Shown: piece after piece, positions 22,700-35,816 of the stretch
Position numbering within the stretch: position 1 is the stretch's first letter
How the letters are laid out: every line of letters begins with the position of its first letter
Source: Octopus sinensis
Lineage: Eukaryota
Assembly (NCBI RefSeq): GCF_006345805.1
Contig: NC_043010.1
Span: 57,722,001 to 57,786,000, forward strand
Direction of reading: 5' to 3'
Length of the DNA stretch: 64,000 nucleotides
The notes under the pieces: model-generated
The model's input: only the letters and a program-made list of their open reading frames with translations
Told to the model about the DNA's origin: nothing
Database searches by the model: none
Position numbers and translations under genes: made by a program

Positions 22700-25050
22700 T
22701 AAAAATGTCGACAAAACTCAATTGAGTCCAAACAATACCAACAAATAGAAGCTATTCTTAAATGATCCCAAATATGGTCAAGTAGAATCTGTGGGACTCT
22801 GAACCTTTCCTCAACACAAAATATTGAGAACTTTTAGATTTATCACAGTTATAAAAAGAAAAAATATATAGATGGGAGAATTTTGTGCAGCTTAACAGCA
22901 CTTCTTTGGTTCAGGAGATAAACCAGGACAGAGCGAAGAGTGAAACCATGTCTTCGCTTAAAAAAGATAGCACTGGATTAAATTTTCCCTTTCGTCAAGC
23001 AACAAACACTCCAGGACATAGAAGAAATTATCTCAGTTGAAAAAGGGAAAAAGTTATGGCATTTTCTGTCTTGAATTTTTTCATGAAGACATTAGCAAAA
23101 TTAACTACCATAGGGGTACTTATGGTGCAATCCCTCATCATCATCATCATCATTTAACATTCATTTTCCATGCTAGCATGGGTTGGATGGTTCGACCGGG
23201 TCTGGGAAGCCAGGAGGCTGCACCAGGCTCCAGTCTGATCTGGCAGTGTTTTTACAGCTGGATGCCCTTCCTAATGCCAACCACTCTATGAGTGTAGTGG
23301 GTGCTTTTTATGTGCCACCGGTACAGGGGCCAGAGTAGGCTGGCAACGGGTACATTTAGATAGTGCTTTTTGCATGCCACCGGCCACGTTCGGAGGTGCT
23401 TTTTATGTGCCACCAGCCATGTTCGGATGGTGCTTTTTATGTGCAATCCCTCATCCGGTGGTAAAATTTTTGTGCAAACTTCATTGTGTTACTTTGTAAT
23501 ACAAACTTTAATAACTTACAAAGAAAATTTGATGGAATACTTTTGTTCAACCATTTTCCAAAGGCATTCATATACAAGCTTCCACCCCTTCATTATGGTC
23601 AATATAGGGGTGAAGTGAAGAAACATCTGTGGTTAGCATAAAACAGTTTTTGACATTATTTCGGTGCATGAAAAGGTTGTCTGAGAAGGATCACATGACA
23701 GTCTAGTTAAATTTTTGCATTTCTGTAACTGTCATGCAAAAAACTATGGCTTTAACTCCATTATAGAATTTATGTCTAAGTTTTTGGACAGAAAAGTTAC
23801 TTTTCCAGAAGGTTGAATAGTGACAGAGTTATTTCGCAAGCCTACATCATCCCACATTAACCTTCATTACCATTCCAACCCTCCACATCATACATATAAG
23901 TCAAACTTGAAATTCTAATTTTTGAAGATAAAACAGATTTGTACTGATATAGGGGGATTACTGGGAACATGCTTTTGTATGTCATTATGTCAAATGTGGT
24001 TACAGTGAATCACAACTAAAGGAAATCACAAATGACACAACTAAAATTAGCAAGCAAAGTCAAACTCGCATCCTTAATTTTAGCAGCCAAAGTAAAATTT
24101 GTGAATTCTTTTAGTGATTAACTGGCATTGAAATTTTGCTGGCATTTTAAAAGTGTTGCATGAAAGTTACCAGCTTGTTGCAGAAAAATACCCTCGTTTC
24201 AAACAAGTATTCTCTCAGCCACCTATTGTAACCTTCAGACAGAATTTAAATATAAGAGAACTATTAACCTTTACTTCTGACTCCAAGAAAACTAACATTG
24301 GAGTTTCTGAACACAACACCTTGAAAAACGGCCACAAGAGGGGTAAGTCTTGTTCATTGTGCAATAACATGTATCAAGTTAATTCCATCATGAATCATAA
24401 CAGAAATGTTATGATTCATACAGAAGGTGAGACGTGTAAGGATTCCCATTTGTTATACGCAACAGAATGCACCAAACACAACTTGATTTATATAAGTTGT
24501 ACAACAGAACAATTAAACAAACGATTGGGCACAGCTATGACGTCAGACACAACAGAACTTGCCGAACATTTTACGTCAAGTGGCTGCAATTTTGAGGAAC
24601 ACCTGAAAGTTCACATTTTCAGAAAATATTTTGACTCTACAACACTTTCAGTCCTCATGATGCCTGGGGATAAATATATTTGTGAATTGCTAATGTCACA
24701 CCCTGAAGGTATCAATAAAAAAATAGGTGGATTTCATTGCATTTACAGAAAACTGTTTGACTAAGTATTCTCCTTCCTTTTTTTTTTTTCTTTTCTTCTT
24801 TATTTCTTTTTTCTTTTTCATTGTTACCTGTTGTAGAAAGGTGAAAACTGATTGATGTTATTTTATCTAAAAAGAGATGCAGGATTTCCTTCTTCATATT
24901 TTGAATTTTTTAATTTTACATCCATTCAGTAATCTCTATTACATATGGTGCTCTTCTCATTTGCTTATTTACCTTTGTGAAGAGTTACATCAGATTATAA
25001 ATTACTAATTTTTGTTTTTATGTTCAATCTGTTTACCCACAAAACCCTCC
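22700..25050 (+). mobile_element. Decayed Penelope-like retroelement (RT plus GIY-YIG endonuclease), interrupted by a SINE at 23135-23445
   Basis: LFRKPTSSHINLHYHSNPPHHT near 23830-23895; ORF 24153-24764 has FSQPPIVTFRQNLNIRELL, CSLC, LLYATECTKHNLIYISCT (GIY-YIG-like), LAEHF and HPEGIN. The 5' boundary is uncertain. Confidence 0.8.
23135..23445 (-). mobile_element. RTE-tailed repeat copy
   Basis: catcatcatcatttaacattcattttccatgctagcatgggttggatgg ... ctggatgcccttcctaatgccaaccactc. Confidence 0.85.
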
Positions 25051-25429
25051 CAACATACGCACACACATTCAATGTTTTATCCTGTGTCCCATACTGTTAT
25101 TATTGATGTAAACCTTTTGAGGTCAATAAAGAAATTATTATTAGTATTATCATTATTTGATGAAAACTCAGCTTATTTTGCTGGGTATGATGGAAAGTGT
25201 CGGCTGTCCACGCTCAGCAGACTAAGGTGACACTTGCTTAATGGTCATACTTCAAGAAGAATGCAGAGAATTCTTGCACTTCCAAACAATGCTGACTTTT
25301 TATAGGTGTTCTATCCTTACATTTATAACAATCTTTTTGAGCCATGTTGATAGTTAAGTGCTACTACTATTATTATTATCATCATCATTATTATTATTAT
25401 CATTATCATTGTTATTATTATTATTATTG

Positions 25430-26640
25430 AGATCAGTTTTAAATCATTCATGAAGAGAAGGTGGTTGAGATGAGGTCTCCATTCTTTCTCAGCTCATAGT
25501 GCCTGTTGACTGTGTAGGACTACTGAGAGTAGGATCAAGGCTATAACAAATAACAAAAGTGAACAAGAATTTCCCTGGAAGAGACCTCTTTTGATTGTTA
25601 CCTCAGCTAAGTGCTGGCTGTCACAGAAAAGACATGTTTTCCAACTGGGCATAACTATTCTTAATCAATGCACACATGTTCTCACCTATTCCACACATGT
25701 CGAGTCTTTCCAAAATCCATGAATGCAGCAACAGGTTGTAAGCTTTTTTAAAGTTTATCCAGGCCACACATAAGTTTTTTTGGTATTGCTTGCAGTTTTT
25801 CATTACAACTTTGTCTATGACAAGGTGGTCCTTTGTGCCCTTGGATCCGTTGCAGCATCCGTTTTGTTCTAATGGGAGTAGTTTTTTCTGCAAGGAATGA
25901 ATATATATTTTCCCTGCGAGTATGCCTGTTAATATTTTCCATAAGAGGTTAAGACAAGCAATGGGTCAATATTTGCCAACCTCGTTGCCCTTTGACTGAT
26001 TTTTCATCAACAATGGTCTCTTTCCCTCTACAATCCACTCTGGAACTGCACCACTCTGTAGGCAATTGTCTAATTGCAATGCAATTATTGTTGTTGTTGT
26101 TGTTACCATGTGAAACTCAGCATCACAACAAGGAATTTTCAGCTTGCATTATATTATAATACCTTTACACAGAATAGTTTTCTCTTCTGAATGTATGAAC
26201 CAAATAGTATTTACTCTATTGATATAAGTATATATATATATATATATGCATGTATGTGTGTGTGTGTATGTATATATATATATATGTGAGTGTGTGTGTG
26301 TGTATGTATGTGTGCATGTATATATATAAATATATATATAGTACTTTTCAGATTATCAACCATAAAACTGTGATAATCTTGAAAATTAATCATCTTATTT
26401 ACCAGACTTGAATATTTAATGACAAGACTAAATTTTTTTAGTATTTTGTTATTTCTGAAGATTTGGTGTAAATAAAGAGAATTAAATGCAAACTCTTCTT
26501 TCACAGAATATCTGTCATTTCTTCAATTCCTTCCTTTTTGATTTGGAACTATTTTTCTTGAAAATTGATTTCTTGGAAAGTTGGTCAGAATTATATTTGG
26601 AATGTTTTATTAAATTTTAACTGTCTTTCACTTAATACAA
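25430..26640 (-). pseudogene. R4/Dong-clade non-LTR retrotransposon RT fragment
   Basis: EQNGCCNGSKGTKDHLVIDK, AWINFKKAYN..HSWILE (ORF 25621-25893), RGLFQGNSCSLLLFVIAL, HLNHLLFMNDLK; abuts an (ATT)n tract and is interrupted by a microsatellite. Confidence 0.85.
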
Positions 26641-26769
26641 GTTTTTTCGATTGCTCCTTTATTGTTGTTTAGGACAGAATATATTTCTGTCTGATTATGC
26701 ACAGATAGACTGGTAAACAGACAGGCAGACAGATGGTCAGTTGTCTTATTTATTTATTTATTGACTTTG

Positions 26770-27020
26770 GATAGCATATAAGTGAGTCCCAGATGTTTCC
26801 GAGTATGTTGCAGACAATCCGGGGTTGACTCTTGTGTATAGAGATGCCTTTGTTCCTTTCACCAGTGCAGATCCAAGGTACTTGATATCACTTACCACCT
26901 TGCGTCATGTGGAGCTAGCACTGGAACCAAATTTGCAGAAAGCTTTCCTCTTTATTGATGGTCATGTACCCAGTTTAGTCTTCTTTGCATTGAGAAACCA
27001 AGGAAGTGTGACTACAGCAT
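26770..27020 (-). pseudogene. RTE-type RT fragment
   Basis: Minus frames give LNAKKTK, VVSDIKYLGS and CNILGNIWDS. Confidence 0.55.
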
Positions 27021-27039
27021 ATATATATATGTATATATA

Positions 27040-27268
27040 TTTCTTTACTGCCCACAAAGGGCTAAACATAGAGGGGACAAACAAGGACAGACAAAGGGAT
27101 TAAGTCGATTACATCGACCCCAGTGTGTAACTGGTACTTTATTTATCGACCCCGAAAGGAAGAAAGGCAAAGTCGACCTCGGCGGAATTTGAACCCAGAA
27201 CGTAACGATGGACGAAATACGGCTACGCATTTCGCCCGGCGTGCTAATGTTTCTGCCAGCTCACCGCC
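27040..27268 (-). mobile_element. Young full-length tRNA-SINE family A (alternative tail)
   Basis: CpG-rich and close to the family pattern: ggcggtgagctggcagaaacattagcacgccgggcgaaatgcgtagccg ... gggttcaaattccgccgaggtcgactttgcc; tail cttgtgggcagtaaagaaa. Confidence 0.9.
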
Positions 27269-28880
27269 TTATATGTATATATGTTTATGTATACATATGG
27301 AAAGAGAGACAGACAGATAAATAGATAGTTAGACAGGTAAATAGAAAAATAAATGTATGTTTGTATGTATTGAAAACATATCTATGTTCCCGTTTTATCA
27401 TTTTTATTGAGATTCATTTATATTTTTCTTCTTTGTTTCGAACAAAGCATTTTAAAATTCATTATCCAAGTTTCAAGACTTCATCAAGATAGGTAATCTG
27501 TACACCTAACTGCCTCTTGTTTGTGGGAACATTTAATTCATATGAACTTTATTTCCAACATATATGGCAGTGCCCCAGCATGACCACAGCTCATGAGCTG
27601 AAACTAGGTCAATTCATATAAAATTTGATTATTAGATGTAGGTAGTCAATCGTGTTTATTTCAAGATATTATACAGTGTTTGAGTGTATATTTTAGCATT
27701 ATACTGAGATATACTTAATACTTTGATCATTAATCACATATTTTTACAAGGAATGCTATAAGGCATAGATGTGGGGGTCAGCTAATATGTGCCAATCTAA
27801 TTTATGGTGAGATGATGCATGTTGTAACTGTTCCTTGCTGTAGGTACATGATGAGCCAATGATGGAGTATTAACTCTATTTGAATGGTCAGTGTAGCAGT
27901 TAGAGTCATGAAGTTTACAACCTTTTTTGTTTGCAATGTAGCTTATCAGTTAAAGTGGTCATTTGAGGCTTATTCTACAGTGTATATGTTAATGGCTTGT
28001 TGCTGGGAATTAATAAGGAGGTCATTGATTTTAGTGTTTTATTGTTTCAAAACAACTACAAGTGATTTGTATGAAAATATGAAAACAAAATCATTAATGA
28101 AAAAGATAAAACAAGAAACAGCTGTAGGTTTAATATCTATGCAGAATGAAAGATGTTCCCCTATTTTTGTTCATCTGAGACAAACTATCTACCAGTCTCT
28201 CTGTCTAGCTGTCCATCCATTTGTCCAGGCATCTCTTGGTTTGACTATCTCTTTATCCATCTATACGCATATACACATTTATATACTTTGATATACGCAC
28301 ATATATACAAGTCTGTATATGAATGTGTGTCAAAGAAGATTGTGAGATATAGGAAAAGACAAATAAAAAGGCTGATTGAGGGAGACAGGAAGTGATGGAG
28401 GACAGAGAGAGGTGGAGGGTAGAGAGGGGGAAGAGAGAAACTGATATCAATTTGACCATCTATCATATAAATAAATAGAAACAGACAAATAGTTTTACAT
28501 ACATACATGTATATATATATGTGTGTGCATATACAAAGAGAGAGCGAGGGAGGGAGAGCAATGTGTAGATGGACAGATAGATAGTTCTTTAAATGTTACT
28601 TTTTATGGCTATATGAACACATACAACCACAAACATAAATAAGTAGATAAAAAGTGATATTTTCATTAGAAACCAAATGAAGTTGCTCTCCAGAACAGAA
28701 TCTATATTCTGTTACCTTGGTTACTGAGATATGAAAACCAGGATGGAGAAAATTTAATTTATTGATAAATATGTGTAGAGATGTATTATCATTGTGCACA
28801 TTTATATATATGTGTGTGTGTACATGTGTATATGTATGCCTCTATATATGCATGTAAATGTATATATACCTATATATATA

Positions 28881-28921
<41 letters not shown>

Positions 28922-28930
28922 AACATATAG

Positions 28931-28966
<36 letters not shown>

Positions 28967-29038
28967 ATATAGAAATATATATATATATATATAGAAACAT
29001 ATAGAAATATATATGATGATATATATATACACATATAG

Positions 29039-29089
<51 letters not shown>

Positions 29090-30367
29090 GAATATATATA
29101 TATATACACATATAGAAATACATATTTATACATACATATACATATATACAAATGCACATATATCTAAACATACACACCCACACATATTGATATTGGAAGC
29201 TGAGTCGTCAGGTTTCAAATGAATGAATAAAAATTACTGTATGTATTAATGTATTAGGTACAGTTTTCTTACATCATTTTCTTATGAACTAATATATAGA
29301 GAGCCAAACATTAATAGGCATATATGATATATACATACATGCATGCATATATATATCTATGTATATTTACATATATATATATATATAATATACACACTCA
29401 TATAAAAGCATGTATATTTACATATTAATTGATAGAAATATGCAGACATATTTGAAGGGTAAAAAATGTACAAAATAATTATATATTTATGCATATATAC
29501 AACCTGATATATGTGATATATGTATGTGTGTGTGTATATATATATATACGTACACATGAGTGGGAGTCTTTGTGTGTGTGCATATTTTAACTCACAAATA
29601 AGATGAACCATTACTCATCTCTGTACAAGTGAGTATTTCTTTGTTGGACCTTTGAGATTACTCTCTGTTTGTATTCTGACATGTGTTAAACTCTGAGCAC
29701 TAACAGAATGGCATCCTCAACTACAGTGTATATATACTTATATCCACAAACACAAATGCGCGCGCATGTGTGTGTGTGTGTGCATACATATATATATATA
29801 TATTCATTCATACATATGAATGTATCATCATCATTATCGTTTAACGTCCGCTTTCCATGCTAGCATGGGTTGGACGGTTCAACTGGGGTCTGGAAAAGAT
29901 ATATATGTATATTAATAGTCTAAGGTTTGTGTGTGTGTGTGTTGAACAGTAATTTAGAAAGCCATGGCCATGCAATTGGGAAAGTATTAAGTATTCATTA
30001 GAAGAAACATTAAACATTTAGCTTAAACATTTAATGATTTGATATTTTAGCTGAATATGCCCTTTTTTAAAATGTAATGGGGACAGAAGAATATATTTGA
30101 GGTCTTAGAAGTTTATGCACATGTACACACACATACAGTTTATGCACATGTACACTTCCATAGACACACACATGCATGATATATAAATATGCATACATGC
30201 ATCTGCGTACACACAAACACACATAATAAGTATAAAAGCTGTTTACTTTATAATTTGCTCTTCAATTATTATGAAACTGTTAATAATTCTAATAGATTTA
30301 GAAGTTAAGCATCTAATATATATGCATTCATGCATATATATATATATATATATATGTATACATATAT

Positions 30368-30444
<77 letters not shown>

Positions 30445-30574
30445 GTTACTATTGTTGGAATCATCAATTTTAAATTTTATCCACATATGACATTAACAGT
30501 AGTAACATCTTATTTCAGACCTTAGTGTTTCAGTGTTTTGTTCAGATATATATACATTATATATTTATTCTCAC

Positions 30575-30738
30575 TCTCTTTTTATTCTCTCTCTCTCTAT
30601 TTCCTTATCTTCCTTTCTGTTGAAGAGCGTAAGCTCAAAACGTAAAAGACTTTCTCACTTCCTGAGTGTTACACTAATACATCTGCTTGTTGTTTATACA
30701 CCTGTCTTTGTCTTTTGACTTTCTGTAAATTTCAGCTA
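30575..30738 (+). mobile_element. Second copy of the 156-331 short Penelope-like repeat
   Basis: ctttctgttgaagagcgtaagctcaaaacgtaaaagact ... ttacactaatacatctgcttg. Confidence 0.6.
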
Positions 30739-30831
30739 TATATATATGTGTGTGTGTGTGTGTGTATACATACACACACACACATATTCATATACATAAA
30801 TGGTTTAGTGGTCATATTACTCACACATATA

Positions 30832-31687
30832 CAGGGTTTGGTCAATAAACTGTTGTCTAAATTATGCAAAAATGAAAATAACACTGACATCTCATTTTAA
30901 CAGACATATTTATCAAAACTGCATAAAAAATCTTGAAATACTGGAGAGAAAATTCATCCAATAAAATTGCCCTTGGCTTCAGCCACAGTCTCCAGGCAGC
31001 TTGAGAATCTCCTGCAACTCTTCTGGACAGTCTCTTTGATTAAGTTGGTCAAGGCTGCCATAATCCTTGCTTTCAGCTCATCTTTGGTGTTACAAGGAGA
31101 TTTGTTGATCTTTCGCTCAACTATGCCCCACACATAGTAATTGATGGGTTTGCAGTCTGTGGGGTTAGGTGGCCAGATGTTAAGGGTAATGTGGTTGCAG
31201 AAATTATCTGACAGCCATGATTGGGTTCTCCTGCTTTTGTGGCGTGGTGCAGAGTCCTGTTACCAGACATAGGATCTTCCAGCAGCCACCCTCTTGACTC
31301 AAGGCAGCACTACCTCCTCCAGGCACTTGATGTAGGCCTCTGTGTTGAGTTGAGGCTATTTAGGAAGATGAATGGAGGGATAATGTTGCCATCACTAGTG
31401 ATCACTCCAAACACAATGATGTTGACTGGATATTTGATTTTTATCACTCTCATTACATGTCCTCAGATTGACACCAAAACACTCTGAAATGTTCCTATTG
31501 AAGCTTTCAGCATGAATGCCAAGCAGTACAGCATGTCGTTTTCAAATTTCTTGCAGAGTGAATTGTGTCATGGTGCTGTCTTTCTCACAAATGGTGCCCG
31601 ACTGACCCTACTCAACAAAATCAAAAACAAACAATGCATACGTGCGAAATTAAGATATAAAATGGTGACAATTTACCCATCACACCT

Positions 31688-31689
<2 letters not shown>
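30832..31689 (-). mobile_element. Tc1/mariner DD37D (maT-like) transposon, internally deleted
   Basis: PVNIIVFGVITSDG and VW*QDSAPRHKSRRTQSWLSDNFCNHITLNIWPPNPTDCKPINYYVWG. I count 37 residues between the D of QDS and the mutated third D (N of INYY). Loose TIRs cagggtttgg / cacaccttg. Confidence 0.8.
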
Positions 31690-31719
<30 letters not shown>

Positions 31720-31889
31720 AAGTGCAAATGTGGCTGTGTATTTGAGTAGTCACTTCAGTATCACATGGTTTCAGGTTCAGTCCCACTGCATGACCTATTG
31801 GGCTAGTCTTCTGCTATAGCCCCAGGGCAACCAGAGCCTTCTGAGTAGATTTGGGAGATAGAAAGAAGCCCATAGCAAGTGTAGTTAAT

Positions 31890-32342
31890 GTTTTTTCTAG
31901 AGGTAAGATGAACTTTTTTATGTTCACTGCCAGCACACACCTTTGCCAGAATATATACAGTGAAGCTTTAAGATAGTGTCGTGAGATTATCGACTGCTAT
32001 TGCCAGTAATCATTGGTGCCTTGTTGTACCACTCTCCTATATTTATATTTTTACCTTTACAGTGCTAGGCGTTCAGGCGAGTATACTGGCACCAACTTGG
32101 TAAATCTAGCTGTGGAGGACTAATCAAATTTACTATAACAAACATAGAGTCTGATACCTAGGTCCTAGAATATTCAATTCTGTGTTCCCCATTTATCTAA
32201 TGTTCTTCCTGGAGGTAAGATGAAATTTTTTATGTTCGCTGCCTGTACACATCTTTGCCAGAATATATAGTGAAGCTTTACGATAGTGTTGTAAAATTAT
32301 CGACTGCTATTCCTGTAAACAGTGGTGCCTTGTTTTACCACT
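31890..32342. repeat. ~140 bp direct repeat pair, period ~315 bp
   Basis: gaggtaagatgaa..ttttatgttc ... ctttgccagaatata ... ttatcgactgctatt ... ggtgccttgtt.tacca at ~31898-32031 and ~32211-32341. Confidence 0.85.
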
Positions 32343-32431
32343 ATATATATATATATAATATATATATATATATTATTATATATATATATATATATAATGT
32401 ATATAAATGCAATAATACATAATGTATGCTG

Positions 32432-32491
<60 letters not shown>

Positions 32492-33995
32492 TGCACCAGG
32501 CACCAGTCTGATCTGGCAGTGTTTCTACAGCCGTGTGCCCTTCCTAATGCCAACCACTCTACAGAGTGGACTGGGTGATTTTTATGTGACAGCCAGCATC
32601 AGTGTTTTTCTATTCATATAGTGTTGTGGATGAATTATGGGAACTGCAGAAACTGAAAGGAAGGCAAAATAAATATGTGTCTGTGGACTTAGACGTAAAG
32701 TGCCAGGTTAAGATGGAGGTGAACAGAGATGTGGAGATATGATGCACATGGAGGAGGAGAGCAACTGGGTGGCTAGAAAAGAGAAATAGAAGGAACCTTT
32801 GAAAGAGGCAACTAAGAAAGACATAGGAAAATGGGGCTGGAATTGAACTCGTGTTGCTGATGTTCATGAAAGAAGATGCAAAATGATGACAAGTAGCTTG
32901 ACACTGTGTTGGAGAAATGACACAGTCTTGGATAAAACTTGTCAAACACATGTAGAAATGGGAACAAATAGACATAAAATGACGACGACAAAGACGACGG
33001 TGATGATGATGATGATGATGGTATAAATGGCAATGATGATGATAATACAAAAATGCACATGCATATATATAAATATATATATGTATATGTGTGTGTGTGT
33101 GTGTATATATAAGAATGTAAATATGTATACCACATACATGCGTATACAAACACAAGAAGGAGGAGGAGGAAGAAAAGAAGAAGAATGAAGAAGGACAAAA
33201 AGATGAAGAAGAAGAAGAAGTGGCCTGTGACAGTTATGGAATGTGTGTCCAGAGAATGTGAGAAGGTTAAGTGAAAAAAAATCCATTGCTTTAAATGTAG
33301 AACTATAGAATATGGCACTGAGAAACTGTAGCAAGACATGGAATTTGGTAAATACGATGGGTGGGGGTGGGGAGGTTGGATAGTGGTATTGTTGTTGTTG
33401 TTGCTGAGGTTGTAAACAAGAATGTTTTGACAAAAACATATAGTTAACTCTCTCTCCAAACACACACACACACACATGGGTGTCAATATGTGTGCATTTA
33501 TATTTCTCTATATTTGTGTATGTGTATATATATGTGCATCTATATGTATGTGTTATGTATAAATATATATATGTATAAATATATACATATATTGTATATA
33601 TATATATATATATATAAATATATACATATATTGTATATTATATATATATATATATAATTATATATATATATTATATGTTAGAATGTGTGTATATGTAAAA
33701 TCTGTTGTTTTTTTTTTGGTATCTATTTCATATATTTTATGTATTTCATGATTTTTAAAAGTGTAAATGTATTGATATATGTACAGAGAGAAGCACGAAC
33801 ACACACCAACACATGCAACTATACACATGAATGCAATGTACAGTGATTATACAGACATTTTGCAATATATACTTTATATATATATGTGAGTGTGTGTGTA
33901 AGTATCCCAGTATCTTTCTCTCTCTCTTTATATATATATATATATATACATGTATGTATGTGTATGTCATATATATATATATATATATATATATG

Positions 33996-34031
<36 letters not shown>

Positions 34032-35437
34032 TACATAAATATATGCATATATACTTGTGTATATGCATGCACACATATGTATGTATACATCTAGAAATAT
34101 ATGAGTTTGTGAGTGTGTGTGTGTGTATGAGAACAGAGCTAAGATACTTCTATGGCAGAATGGAGACATGAAGTTGAGTGAAGAAGTTTCAAAGCTGAAT
34201 TAATATACTTCCATCTAATGCTTGTCTAATCCTACGAGACTCTACAATACTTCAGCAATCTTGCTGCACTGCTTCAAATATTTATCCCCAAAACATGGCA
34301 GATTCACATTTCTCTCTAGCAATATCTGTCTCTCTGTCTATCCATCTGTCTGTCCATCTGTCTCTCCGTCTATCTATCTGTTTGTCTGTTTGTCTTCCTA
34401 TCTATTTCTGTTACTGTCTGTTGGACCCTGTTTTGCTCTCTCTCTCACTCTCTTTCTATCTATCTATCTATCTTTAGTATTTAGTATTCACTTTTTCTTT
34501 CTTCCCGCACCCCTGAAGTTTATATTCAGCATGTCTACACCATAGATACACATACTCACACACTCATACACTAACATGTATAGAGACATAGAGAAAGAAT
34601 GATATATTTATATTCTTATACACATGTATATATACATGTATCTATATGCATCATTATTGTTCAATGTCTGGTTTTCCATGTTTTTATGGGTTGAACAGAG
34701 TTTTGTTGAGGCAAATTTTCTTCAGCTGGATGCCCTTCTGCTCACCAACTTTCATCTGTTTCCAAGCAAGGTAATATTTCCCTAGACATGTTCACATAAA
34801 AGATTGGGAACAATTACAATGCATGATTATTTCATTTCATTTAATACAATCTAAAATTTAGTCAAATAATGAATGGTAAGAATAGTACAAAATGGTAAAG
34901 ATAGTATCTTTTAATACTCTGTACTATTTCTACTAATTGTTATGTAGCTTAATTTTATATTGAATTAAATGAAATTAAATGTCCTTGTCCTGCATTGCCT
35001 ACTTGTTTGTATTTCCTCACTGCTTTAACCTATACATACAGGCTCAAAGGGATGTCACCTATAGCCATTATTGAACAATTCAATCACACAACCACAATCA
35101 CAACTGCAATTTTGGTGACACACCTACTTGAGCACTCAGTGCTCAAACTTGTTAGTTTGAGTAATCCTGATGAATACTCATATTCTCTCTCTCTCTATAT
35201 CTCTCCTCTCTTTCTATGTATGTATATGTGTATATGTACACACACACACACACATGTATATATATTCTATGTTCTTTCAATTTCTGTTAACCAAATCCAC
35301 TCCTAAGGCTATGGTCAGCCTGGGGCTATAATAGAAGATATTTGTGTATAAGGCCATGTGGTTGGCCTACAAACTTTATACTACAGAGCTATGGTTGCAC
35401 ATAGAAGTGTGTATGTGTATATATATATATATATATA

Positions 35438-35816
35438 CTAGCAGTATCACCCGGCGTTGCTCAGGTTTGTAAGGGAAATAACTATAAAGCATTTTTAGAG
35501 AGTTATAGCCAAAAAATAGCAAAAAAATGGAAAAAAATGATGGTAAATTTTTTTTTTAGTTAAAAAGGTGGAGTTGCGTCCCCTAGACAGTTTGCGGTTT
35601 GTGTTTCTGATTCTCGACCCCATGTCGAATTTATCGATTTTTTTCAGAACTGGGGAACTTTTAAAAATTTTCGCTGCGTTAGTTTTGAATTATGACATTG
35701 GGCTATGTGTGTGTCAAGTTTCATCAGAATCGGTTGAAAGCCGTGGTCAGGGTGAGGGTAGAACCTAACAGACACACAGAAACACACACAGACAAACTGC
35801 CGTTTATATATAGAGA
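35438..35816 (-). mobile_element. Non-autonomous Helitron
   Basis: Minus strand starts a|TCtctatatataaacggcag and ends aaacctgagcaacgccgggtgatactgCTAG|t (subterminal hairpin plus CTAG). Confidence 0.75.

Noticed and set aside
27884-28291. 135 aa ORF as a host exon
   Set aside because: AT-rich with no recognisable motif, and it runs into simple repeats; consistent with a chance ORF.
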